A stretch of DNA of 35,313 nucleotides from a virus (Duplodnaviria > Caudoviricetes), in IMG/VR virus record IMGVR_UViG_3300032074_000021, positions 1 through 35,313 of that record; one strand, written 5' to 3'. Shown piece by piece: positions 8,815 through 17,639 of the stretch (position 1 is the first letter of the stretch; each line of letters starts with the position of its first letter). Position numbers and translations under genes: made by a program. Under the pieces are notes generated by a model. It saw only the letters and a list, made by a program, of their open reading frames with translations. It was not told the origin of the DNA and ran no database searches.

Positions 8815-11697
8815 TCAGCCGTTGCTGACGCCATAGCGGTGCACGATCGGGCTGGTGACCTTGAAGATCTGCAGACGGGGGTTGGTCACCACCCCCTCGG
8901 CGCCGGGGGTTCTGACGTCGACCAGCGTACTCAGCGGGTGGTCGCGCAGGTGCACCTTGATGTCGCGGGCCCGGCACTCCCCGATCAGCTGGAGCTGCAG
9001 CGGGGCGGTGAAGTCGACGTCGCGCTCGTGCTCGAGCAGGATCTGCGGGGACGCGGGCTTGTCGTTGCCGTAGAAGACCAGCCCGTGGCCCTCGTGGACG
9101 ATGTCGACCTGGTCCAGGTCGCTGTGGGTGTCGAACAGCTCGGCGATCTTCTGGGCCACCGCCTCGTCGTCCAGCACCGCGCCGACCCGCATGGTGCCGA
9201 TGGCGATCTTGGCGAACTCGCCCTGGGAGGTGATGTCGGCGTCGACGTTGTAGGCCATCTGGTTGGGCAGCGCCTCGACCCTGGACTCCCCGGTCTGGGC
9301 CACCGCCTGGCGCCCGAGGTAGCCCAGGTCGACCGGCTCGCCGGCGAACAGGCGGGCCACCTCGTCGTCTTCCAGGCTGTCGGTGACCATCTCGAAGGTG
9401 GGCGTGGTCATCAGCCGGTAGGCGTGCGCGTCGGACAGGTCGGGGAGCACCCGGGCCGGACGCTTCCCGGTGCTAGCCACCGGAGCCATCTTCTGCTGCA
9501 CAGCGTGGACCAGCGCCGTCTGACGGGCCTTCTGGCGTACGGCGGCTAGCCGGTTCTGGGCCACCGGCTGTACCGCCACCTTGGCCCGGCTCAGGGGCTG
9601 TACCCGCTGTACCTGCTGGACCTGCTGTACCTGCTGTACCTGCTGGACCTGCTGTACCTGCTGGGTGCGCTGGACCTGCTGGGTGCGCTGCGGGGTAGCC
9701 ACTACGACCTGTTCGTCGGTGTCCGTGAACTTGCCGTCCTCATCGCGCGGGTGCAGCGCGGCGAACCGGAAGGCGTCACGCCCCTGCAGCGCCTTGCCGA
9801 CGTCGCCTGGCCCCTCGAGGATCTCGTGCACCTCGTCCTCATCGACTGCCCGCAGGTACCAGCGGTTGACGACCAGCTCGTTGTCGGCGTCGTAGAACTG
9901 CTCAGGGCGACCGGCCATGCCACCGGGCGGGGTGACCACCTTGTAGGCCTGGTTGGGATCGAGCACGTACTCGGTGTGCGTGTTCTTGAAGCCCGGCCCT
10001 TCCTCGGTCCCACGGGCGTCGGTCTCGATGACGTACTCATCCACCGTCGGCATCGGACGGTGGTAGGGGTCGCCCACGTCCGCCGGCAGATAGTGGACGA
10101 TGTCCATCCCGCCGAGATCTTCGCTGCCCACCGGCTGGTAGGTGGGCAGTACGTAGGTGTGCTCCTGGAGCTCGTCCTCATCCACCCGCGGCAACTGCTC
10201 AGACGAAGTACCGCGGGCCTCCGAGGCGAGCAGCTCTCGCCGGCGGCTCTCGATGTAGTCGTGGACTGCGCGCTCGTCGCCTTGCAGATCCCCGGGGTGG
10301 ATGTGGTCGACGTGCGGGCTGATGTAGCTGTCCGTCGAGTCGTGGACGTCCTCGGCCAGCATGCGACGGGCGTACTCGGCCTCGGACCCGCCGGCGCGCT
10401 CGGGCGCCTGGGCTATCTGCAGCAGGTGACCGAGCCGGAACACCCGGGTGCTGGGGTCCTTCTGGATGCCCGCCTGCTGAGCGAGCTTGCTGCGGAAGGT
10501 CGCCGCGCTGTTGGGGTTCAGCGCGGTGGGGCTGCCGGGCATCTGGATGACCAGCGGCTGGCCGATGTCGTAGTAGCCCTCGCCGCTGTCGTTGGGGTTC
10601 GGCGGCTTGAGCAGGTCGGGCAGGTGCCCGTAGTCCAGCGGCCGGGCCACCGGGACCAGCGCGGTGCCCGGCGCGGTTTCCTGGTCCACCGGCATACGAC
10701 CGGCGTTGATCTTCTGGGCCACCCGCTGAAGCTTCTGCCGCTGCGCTGCGACCTTCTGCTTGGGCAGCGCCACCTTGGGCATGGCGACCTTGGGCACCAG
10801 CTTGCCCCGGCGCTGCTGCTGTACGCGCTGTACGCGCTGGACCTGCTGGGTCTGCTGCACCTGCTGGGTCTGCTGCACCTGCTGGCGCTGTGGTGCCTGG
10901 GTCGGCACGGTCGGCTGAGCCGGTGCGGTGGCTACCTCCGGGGCGGCCTGGCCACCCAGCCCCAACCGGCTGCGCAGCTGGGCCAGCACGCTGGGCCGAG
11001 CGACCGTCGCCGGGGCGGGCGCCTCGGCCTGTGCCTCGCGAACTGGCGGCACTCCGGTCGGCGGCGCGTCCACGAAGCGTCCGTCCGGACCGCGCGGGTG
11101 CTCCCGGTCCTCCCAGCGCTCGGAGGTGGTCACCGGGCCGCGCGGCGCCTTGGAGAACTCCTCCTTGACCTGGTTCACCTCGGCCTGCACGGTCTTGGCC
11201 ACGTAGGACATCAGGGCCCGGTCGGCGGCGTCGTTCAGCGCCACCGGGTTGGCCCGGGGATCGGCGGCCATGGTGGCGTAGGTGCCGAGCTCCTTGTGCG
11301 GCACGCCGTAGACCGCAGCGGCACGCGAGGCGGCCACCGGCGGCGAGACGCCCTTGGTGACCGCGGTGCGGTAGAGCGCGAGCGCGCCGTACTCGGCATC
11401 ATCGAGCAGGTCTCGCACCAGCAGACCGGCATAGGCCGGGTCCAGCGACTTGGAGATCGCGTCCACCAGCGGCCCGGCGAAGCGCTCGCGGCTTTGCGCC
11501 ATGGCGCTGACCATGCCGCTCTCGCTGGGCAGGGCGCCCTTGGCCACCGTCTCGCAGGCCGCGGCGCCGGCGCGGTGCGCCGCCAGCAGCGAGGCACCGA
11601 GGTCGCCGCGGGCGTCGCCGTCCGGCTCGAGCAGCGCGAGCACGACGGCGTCGGGGTCCAGGGTGGGACGCGAAGGTGCCCACCAGCGATCGCTCAT
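8815..11697 (-). CDS. Large head-region protein with two HPRxxxG[RK]F motifs and (QQV)n tracts; probable internal virion protein
   Basis: 960 aa, ATGA overlap; lies between portal and protease, where MuF-like minor head proteins usually sit. Confidence 0.65.
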   Translation of the reverse strand: MSDRWWAPSRPTLDPDAVVLALLEPDGDARGDLGASLLAAHRAGAAACETVAKGALPSESGMVSAMAQSRERFAGPLVDAISKSLDPAYAGLLVRDLLDDAEYGALALYRTAVTKGVSPPVAASRAAAVYGVPHKELGTYATMAADPRANPVALNDAADRALMSYVAKTVQAEVNQVKEEFSKAPRGPVTTSERWEDREHPRGPDGRFVDAPPTGVPPVREAQAEAPAPATVARPSVLAQLRSRLGLGGQAAPEVATAPAQPTVPTQAPQRQQVQQTQQVQQTQQVQRVQRVQQQRRGKLVPKVAMPKVALPKQKVAAQRQKLQRVAQKINAGRMPVDQETAPGTALVPVARPLDYGHLPDLLKPPNPNDSGEGYYDIGQPLVIQMPGSPTALNPNSAATFRSKLAQQAGIQKDPSTRVFRLGHLLQIAQAPERAGGSEAEYARRMLAEDVHDSTDSYISPHVDHIHPGDLQGDERAVHDYIESRRRELLASEARGTSSEQLPRVDEDELQEHTYVLPTYQPVGSEDLGGMDIVHYLPADVGDPYHRPMPTVDEYVIETDARGTEEGPGFKNTHTEYVLDPNQAYKVVTPPGGMAGRPEQFYDADNELVVNRWYLRAVDEDEVHEILEGPGDVGKALQGRDAFRFAALHPRDEDGKFTDTDEQVVVATPQRTQQVQRTQQVQQVQQVQQVQQVQQVQRVQPLSRAKVAVQPVAQNRLAAVRQKARQTALVHAVQQKMAPVASTGKRPARVLPDLSDAHAYRLMTTPTFEMVTDSLEDDEVARLFAGEPVDLGYLGRQAVAQTGESRVEALPNQMAYNVDADITSQGEFAKIAIGTMRVGAVLDDEAVAQKIAELFDTHSDLDQVDIVHEGHGLVFYGNDKPASPQILLEHERDVDFTAPLQLQLIGECRARDIKVHLRDHPLSTLVDVRTPGAEGVVTNPRLQIFKVTSPIVHRYGVSNG
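9598..9690 (-). repeat. 9-bp tandem repeat encoding (QQV/QRT/QRV)n
   Basis: About 10 imperfect CAGCAGGTx units visible in the sequence. Confidence 0.85.
10812..10890 (-). repeat. Second Gln-rich tandem tract (QQV/QQT/QRV)n
   Basis: QRQQVQQTQQVQQTQQVQRVQRVQQQ. Confidence 0.8.
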
Positions 11698-12116
11698 TGC
11701 CCGAGCGCCTCGGTAGCCGCGGGCTCGACCACGTATCGGGCCAGCGCCGGGTCTCCTATCGCGGTGTGCATGAACCTCACGCTGAGTCGCAGACCGTCGG
11801 CCGCCGCGGCAACCCGGCTGTGGCCGCCACCACCGATGTTCTTGGCGGCCGTCTCGATGTCGTCCAACGCAGAGTCCATCGCCGGGAACTGGAAGGAGTC
11901 GGGGAGCACCTGCTCGCCCGATAGCGCCATCTGTGTCTGCATGTCCGCGGGTATACCAGACATCGCGTGGCCGAGCTTGAGCTTGAGCTGCTCGGCCCGC
12001 TCCGGGGCGAGCCTGCCGACGGAGACCAGCTCGTCAAGACGCTGGTCGATGTCGGAGAACGGGCGCCACAGCATGTCCTTGGCGTACGTGCGAGCGTGCC
12101 TGCCCACCGCCTCCAT
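11694..12116 (-). CDS. Hypothetical protein; probably expressed as the -1 frameshift extension of 12164..15442
   Basis: 140 aa from ATG 12116 with no clear RBS; the frame stays open upstream to a TGA at 12345-12347, just beyond a slippery heptamer. Confidence 0.6.
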   Translation of the reverse strand: MEAVGRHARTYAKDMLWRPFSDIDQRLDELVSVGRLAPERAEQLKLKLGHAMSGIPADMQTQMALSGEQVLPDSFQFPAMDSALDDIETAAKNIGGGGHSRVAAAADGLRLSVRFMHTAIGDPALARYVVEPAATEALGQ

Positions 12117-12163
12117 GACGGCATACTGCTCGTCCGCACTCGGACCAGCGGTTACGCCAGCGG

Positions 12164-15100
12164 TTACACCAGTGGACGGCTGGGGTCCTGGTAGCGGCGC
12201 AGCAGGGCGTCCCGCAGGCCCTTGCTCACCGGGCTGTCGGGAGGAGCCAGCGCCAGAACTCTGCCGACGGCCCGGAGCTCCGACCGGCTGGGCCGACCGC
12301 GCTTGGTCACGTCCGTACCGGGCTTGAGTACTTTTGGGCCAGCATCACTGGCGCTGCGGCCACCGGTCAGCTGGTGCAGCTCCTGGGCGGCGTGCCGGGC
12401 AGCCACGAAGGACCACGCCTTCTGCTGGTTCTCCAGCTGCGCGGCGGCGACCTTGTCCTTGCCCATCGAGGCGTCCCAGACGTCGCGCGTCTTGACGACC
12501 TGGTCGGCGATGGCATCAGGGTCGTAGGCATCTGCGCTGAACTGCTTGATGGCCGAGGCCAGCCCGCTGTTGGTGATCTCGTACTGCTTGAGCGCGGCGT
12601 CGTAGTCGGCCGGGTCGGCGCTGTAGTCCAGGTCGTCGAACCGCTGCGGCTTGGGGTCGCGCTCAGCCGGCGGGGTGGTCACCGGGTCGCCCGTGCGCGG
12701 CGCGAACGGGTCGCGCAGCGCGAACAGGTCGTGCAACTGCTGGGAGGCGGTGTCGACCCCTGCGGTGCTGAACCCGAACCGCTCGCCGCCGCCCTCGAGC
12801 AGGTCGGGCAGCTGGTCGATCGCGTTGAGCATCTGCTGACGCTGGTGCGGGGTGGCGTCCTTGACCAGCCAGCGGCTCATCTCCTTGATGGCCCCCTCTT
12901 GGCTGCCCGTGGAGTCCATCAGCTTGCCCCACTTCCAGTTGGCGTAAGCCAACGGGTGAGCGGTCTCGGCCTCGTGCTCGTCGGAGGCAGCGGTCACCAC
13001 CGGTATCTGGTAGACGGGGACCATGGCCAGGCTGTTCTCCACCGCACGCTCGACCGCGCGCAGGTAGGCCGGGTCGTCGGCGCTGACGGCCTGCTGCAGG
13101 GTGCGCTTGGGCTTGGCCGGGCCCAGCGCGCCTCCCGTTAGCGCGGGAGCGGAGCTCGTCTTGCGCTGCGCCGGCTCGGTGCCGTCGGCCTGCACGCCCT
13201 CACGGTCCAGCTCGGCGGTGCTGCGCGCGGTGGGGACGTGTGGGGCGCCGTGGCGCTGGGCCGCCTGCGCGTTGGTCTGCCCCGGCTCGGTGTAGCCCTT
13301 GTCGCTGCCGGCGTAGCGGCGCAGCATGTCCGGGTTGCCCAGCGCGCGGGCGCTCAGCCACTCCGGCAGCGGCTGCCAGGTGGCCTGACGGATGTAGAAG
13401 GGGAACTCCTGCTTGAGGGTCTTCAGGGCGCGGTCGTAGCCCGGCCCGTCCAGCCGCAGCTCGCGGACCCGGTCGCCGCTGACCTTGATCCGGTACTCCC
13501 GGGCCGCCTCGTCGGCGATGCGCGCACTCTCCTGCGCGGACAGGAACGACCCAGCCTGACGCCGGCTCTCGGCCTCCCCCCTGACCTGGGTGGCGGCGTA
13601 GTGCTGAGCCGCCTCCTCGATCTCGTCCTCGCTGTCCCCGCCCTGGGCCCCCTCGAACCGGGCGCGCTCGGTCAGCTGGTTGACGTAGTTCTGGTAGAGG
13701 TCCTTGTCGCCGTTGGCTGCCGCCAGCGCCTGCCGGCGGATGTGCGAGGTCTGCTCGGGGGTGAGGTCCTGGAGGTAGAGGTCGCTGGTGGCGATGGTGT
13801 GCAGCAGCTTGCCGTAGCGCTGGATCATCCGCAGCGCCTTGTCGCTGTAGCGCCGACCGCCGCGCACGTCGGGGTCGAACTCCACGGTGAACACCCCGGA
13901 GTTGGAGACCACCTGGATCTGGCGAGCCCCGGTGAGCAGCCCGGTGTAGAGGTCCTCGGTGGTCGGGCCACCGGAGGCGCGAGTGCGCACGTACTGCCCG
14001 CCCTGCAGGCTGGACAGGTTGCGCAGGTCGAAGGGCAGGTAGTGATCGCCGTTGTACCCCTGTGCCTGGGTGACCACCCGCCCGTCGGCGTTGATGATGA
14101 CGCCCTGGGAGGGCGGCAGCTCCCCGGACTCCACCGACAGCTCGGTGAGCTCGCGGCTGGGCAGCACGTTCTCGCGCAGCAGCGCGGCCACCGCGGCGTC
14201 CCCGCGCATCCCGAGCTTGCGCTGGTCGGGGGTGATCTTGCGCTGGTCCAGCCAGTAGGCGTTGGTCAGGCTGACCGGGTCGTCCTGCGCGGTGGGGCGC
14301 GCGGCGGCCGCGACCATCTGCTGTCGGACCCGGGCCTTGCGCTCCGGGTCTTCGGTGTCCAGCGCATTGGCCTGCGCGTTGGCCCGGGAGACCTGGCTGA
14401 CCAGGTCTGGGTCGGGGCGCTTCTCGGTGCCCCGGTAGCGGTAGGCGGTGCGCCGGATGCCCGGCGCGAGCACCTTCTCGGCCTGCGGGCCCAGATCGCC
14501 GATCAGCTGGGCGAGCCCGCCGACGGTGTTGACGGTCGAGCCCGGCGCGGAGATGCCTGCCAGCAGGCCGCCGGTCATGGACATGCGCCGGTAGCCCTGC
14601 CGGTCCCCGGGGCTGGTGGGCCGGTTCCACTCGGCCGCGTTCTCGTCCTGGTTGACCGGGTTGCCCTGGGCGTCCATCGGCAGCGCGTTCAGCAGCCGGG
14701 TCGCGCCTCGGTCCGGCCCGAAGGTGGAGGCGATTAGGTCCAGGGCGGCACGCTGCTTGGCGTTGCTCGCCGGGATGTCGCCCTTGTCCAGGCTGATGGC
14801 GGTCAGCAGCGTGTTCGGGTCGCTGTTGGCGATGCCCTGCAGCCGCTGCGCCAGGTTGTCCACCCGGGCCGGGTTGGTGATCTTGTGGGTGGCGCCGGGA
14901 ATCGGCCGGCCCGTGTTCGGGTCGAGCCGGATGTGGTGCAGCACCAGTGGGGTGTCGGGCTGGACCAACCCGGCACGCTTCATCCGCTCAACCGCGCTCA
15001 GGGCCTCCTGGTGGTGGCCCGACTGGCGGGTGTCCACCGGCTGGTTGGGGTCGGTCTGCGAGCCCACCGAGACGGTGGTGAACCGGCCGCTGCCGTCGCG

Positions 15101-15442
15101 CGGGTGCTTGCGGTTGAACATGCTCAGCAGGGAGCCGGACAGCGACTTGGCGACGTATTCGTCGAGCACGGCCAAGCCCTCGGCGTACTCGAGGTCGACC
15201 GGCTCGTTCACGCCGTCCAGCGCCTTGCCCACCTGGCTGCGCAGCATGATCGAGCGCGCCTTGGCCACCACGTCGCCCATGTTGGTCAGCACGGCCGGGC
15301 CGATCTCGGGCCAGACCTGCTCGGACTGGTCGGCCAGCGACTCGAACAGCCCCAGCTGGACCAGCATCCGGGCGGCCCGGGGGTCCTGTCGCTCGACCTG
15401 GGCGACGGCCTTGAGCACACCGGTGACCGGCTGCAACGTCAT
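12164..15442 (-). CDS. Large head-region protein (1092 aa) with HPRDGSGRF motif and degenerate JAB-like domain; probable internal virion protein
   Basis: ATG at 15442 overlaps upstream stop (ATGA); VAKA, VGKA, VAKS and VSKG motifs. Confidence 0.7.
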   Translation of the reverse strand: MTLQPVTGVLKAVAQVERQDPRAARMLVQLGLFESLADQSEQVWPEIGPAVLTNMGDVVAKARSIMLRSQVGKALDGVNEPVDLEYAEGLAVLDEYVAKSLSGSLLSMFNRKHPRDGSGRFTTVSVGSQTDPNQPVDTRQSGHHQEALSAVERMKRAGLVQPDTPLVLHHIRLDPNTGRPIPGATHKITNPARVDNLAQRLQGIANSDPNTLLTAISLDKGDIPASNAKQRAALDLIASTFGPDRGATRLLNALPMDAQGNPVNQDENAAEWNRPTSPGDRQGYRRMSMTGGLLAGISAPGSTVNTVGGLAQLIGDLGPQAEKVLAPGIRRTAYRYRGTEKRPDPDLVSQVSRANAQANALDTEDPERKARVRQQMVAAAARPTAQDDPVSLTNAYWLDQRKITPDQRKLGMRGDAAVAALLRENVLPSRELTELSVESGELPPSQGVIINADGRVVTQAQGYNGDHYLPFDLRNLSSLQGGQYVRTRASGGPTTEDLYTGLLTGARQIQVVSNSGVFTVEFDPDVRGGRRYSDKALRMIQRYGKLLHTIATSDLYLQDLTPEQTSHIRRQALAAANGDKDLYQNYVNQLTERARFEGAQGGDSEDEIEEAAQHYAATQVRGEAESRRQAGSFLSAQESARIADEAAREYRIKVSGDRVRELRLDGPGYDRALKTLKQEFPFYIRQATWQPLPEWLSARALGNPDMLRRYAGSDKGYTEPGQTNAQAAQRHGAPHVPTARSTAELDREGVQADGTEPAQRKTSSAPALTGGALGPAKPKRTLQQAVSADDPAYLRAVERAVENSLAMVPVYQIPVVTAASDEHEAETAHPLAYANWKWGKLMDSTGSQEGAIKEMSRWLVKDATPHQRQQMLNAIDQLPDLLEGGGERFGFSTAGVDTASQQLHDLFALRDPFAPRTGDPVTTPPAERDPKPQRFDDLDYSADPADYDAALKQYEITNSGLASAIKQFSADAYDPDAIADQVVKTRDVWDASMGKDKVAAAQLENQQKAWSFVAARHAAQELHQLTGGRSASDAGPKVLKPGTDVTKRGRPSRSELRAVGRVLALAPPDSPVSKGLRDALLRRYQDPSRPLV
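12332..12338 (-). other. Putative programmed -1 ribosomal frameshift site C CCA AAA
   Basis: X XXY YYZ heptamer in the correct phase (GGC CCA AAA GTA); the -1 frame opens two codons upstream and runs into 11694..12116. Confidence 0.7.
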
Positions 15443-15966
15443 GAACGCACTCCTGGGGTGTAGGCCCGCATCCGGGACAAGGCAGATCCTGCCACGCCGG
15501 CTGGGGAGTGGGCGTAGCTCGCCCGGCGCGAGCGGGCGTGCTCGCCATACAGCTCGCTGGCCCCGCCACCGGCTGCCGAGGCCAGCGCCGCGGTCTCCGC
15601 GTGGTGGGGGTTGATCTTGCGCAGCACCGGCGCCTTGGCGATGAGGCGGCCGGTGCGCTTGCCGCGGCCAGCCAGCAGCGCCGCCGCGGAGGCGGTCGCC
15701 CCGGCCAGCCCGATGTTGCGCCCCACCTCGGCGGAGGCGGCCCGGCGCTGCCACTTCTCGCTCTTCTTGCCGCCGGCGGCGATGTAGCGCGCCTCGTAGG
15801 CCTTCATCCGCTCATTGCGGTCCAGGTCCTTGGGCAGGGTGCCGCGGGTGTCGTAGCGACGGGCCAGCTCGTGCGCCTGCCGCTCGCTCATCGTGGTGTC
15901 CAGCTTGGCCACCGCCGCGTCGCCGCGCCGGGTCATCGAGCCCACCATGCCCACTCGCCCGTTCAT
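15439..15966 (-). CDS. Basic glycine-zipper head-region protein
   Basis: 175 aa; ATGA overlaps; IGLAGATASAAALLAG segment; VAKL motif. Confidence 0.65.
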   Translation of the reverse strand: MNGRVGMVGSMTRRGDAAVAKLDTTMSERQAHELARRYDTRGTLPKDLDRNERMKAYEARYIAAGGKKSEKWQRRAASAEVGRNIGLAGATASAAALLAGRGKRTGRLIAKAPVLRKINPHHAETAALASAAGGGASELYGEHARSRRASYAHSPAGVAGSALSRMRAYTPGVRS

Positions 15967-17639
15967 GCCAGCCCTCCGCGCACCGTCGTGGTCGTGATCC
16001 CCATTACTCCTCGAGTCTGACGCAGGTAGCCCTTGCGCATCGACGGGGCGCGCCGCCTCCCGACGCCGCCCACGGCAGGCAGCCGCAGCCCGGCCTTGGC
16101 CACCGCCTGGGCCTCCTTGCGCTGGATCGCAGCACCAGTGAAGGAGTTGATCCCGCCGATCCCGGCGCCCGCGGTCAGCAGCGGCATCTGCACCGCGCGC
16201 AGCCGCCCGCGCATCTTGGGCCGCATCCCCGGCGTCTTGGAGGCGGCCAGCGCAGCCAGCGATCCCAGACCCGTGCTGCCGGTCATCATCGACATCGCTG
16301 CGTTGTGCTCCTTGCGCCGGGACAGCTTGCGCTTGTCCTTGACCGTCAGGTTGGCGCCGTCCACCTTGCTCACCCGGGTGCCGTGCCGGGCGCTCTGGGT
16401 GCCCTTGGCCAGCTTGGCCTTGTAGCGGTCCTCGGCCGAGAGGGCGGCGCCGTAGCCGGCCTGCCCGCCGATCTGGCCGCCGACCGCACCGCCGACCAGC
16501 AGGCCCGCGGCCGCCACCTTGGGGTTGTGCAGGAAGGGCTTGGCCACCGCCTTGGGCACCTTGGGGTGCGCCGCGACCCGCTCCAGCATCCCGGGCCCGG
16601 TCTTGGGCTTCAGCCCGACCACCCGGCGCGCCCGGGCCGCCCCGGCGTCGGCCGCGTCGGAGAGCTTCTCGCTGCCCCGGCGAAAGGCAGGGCTGTGCCG
16701 GGCCAGGGTGTGCGCAGCAGCCACCCCGGCCACGTTGCCGGCCAGCCCGCCCGCCTGGTTTCCGCCGTACTGCATCGCCGCGGTGCGCCCGCGCATCGAG
16801 GGCGGGGCCATCCTGGCGGCCTGCGCGGCCTGGGCGACGTCGCCGATCACCGGGGCGCCGCCCACCGCGGCGATGCGGGCCCGCTTCTGGCGATGGGTCA
16901 TGTCCTCGCCGTAGTAGGCCGCCGCCTTGCCCACCGAGGACGGGACAATGGAGGCGCGGTTGCGCCTAGCGTCGCCACGACGGGCATCCACCGTGGCGGC
17001 GCGAGCACTGGGGCGTACCGGCTTGGTCTTGGCCCGACGCACCCCGGTCGGGGTCACCACGTACTTGCCGTGGCTGGCGTGGGAGATGATCTTGGACTGC
17101 AGCGGCAGCGCAGCGCTGCCCGCGGCCATACCGGCCGTCGAGGCCAGCCCCGCACGCAACCCGCCGGGGACCTTGGTCCGGCCCAGCCCCAGATGGGCTA
17201 GCCCGCCAGCAGCAGAGCCGACACCGATGCCGGCCAGGTAGTTGCCCACCGCCAGCTTGGCCGGGGCCGGCTCCCGCAGTCCCTGGTTGCGCTCGTGCAG
17301 GCTCTCGCGCACACCCTTGACGCCCTCGCGCAGCAGCGAGGGCCTCTTGTCGTCCCGGTCGCGCTTGTCCACCCGGCGGCTGGGGTCGCTGTGCAGTAGC
17401 CGGGCGGTGCCGACCGCAGCCGGGGGCACCGCGAAGGCGCTCAGCCCGGCGGCGGTCAGGTAGCGCCCACGCCCGGCCACCTTGCCCGGGCGCAGCAACC
17501 GCAGCTCCTGGCCGATACGAGGACGCTTGGACTGGCCGTAGGCCCGCTCGAGCGCGCTATGGCGCAGCGCCCCGGCACCACCGACGCCGGCCAGCCCCAC
17601 CCCGGCGGTTGCCGCATCCCGGCGCCGGTCGGTGCTCAT
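15963..17639 (-). CDS. Basic glycine-zipper head-region protein (about 4 modules)
   Basis: ATG at 17639 (ATGA overlap); 558 aa; repeated GxxxG helices separated by VDKR, VGKA, VSKV and VAKA. Confidence 0.7.
   Translation of the reverse strand: MSTDRRRDAATAGVGLAGVGGAGALRHSALERAYGQSKRPRIGQELRLLRPGKVAGRGRYLTAAGLSAFAVPPAAVGTARLLHSDPSRRVDKRDRDDKRPSLLREGVKGVRESLHERNQGLREPAPAKLAVGNYLAGIGVGSAAGGLAHLGLGRTKVPGGLRAGLASTAGMAAGSAALPLQSKIISHASHGKYVVTPTGVRRAKTKPVRPSARAATVDARRGDARRNRASIVPSSVGKAAAYYGEDMTHRQKRARIAAVGGAPVIGDVAQAAQAARMAPPSMRGRTAAMQYGGNQAGGLAGNVAGVAAAHTLARHSPAFRRGSEKLSDAADAGAARARRVVGLKPKTGPGMLERVAAHPKVPKAVAKPFLHNPKVAAAGLLVGGAVGGQIGGQAGYGAALSAEDRYKAKLAKGTQSARHGTRVSKVDGANLTVKDKRKLSRRKEHNAAMSMMTGSTGLGSLAALAASKTPGMRPKMRGRLRAVQMPLLTAGAGIGGINSFTGAAIQRKEAQAVAKAGLRLPAVGGVGRRRAPSMRKGYLRQTRGVMGITTTTVRGGLA

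Noticed and set aside
9598-10890. CRISPR-like array
   Set aside because: The repeats are 9-bp in-frame coding units with no spacers.
12146-12168. Direct repeat CCAGCGGTTAC x2 as an att or operator site
   Set aside because: Only two adjacent copies, explained as GVTA-GVTA coding in the -1 frame.
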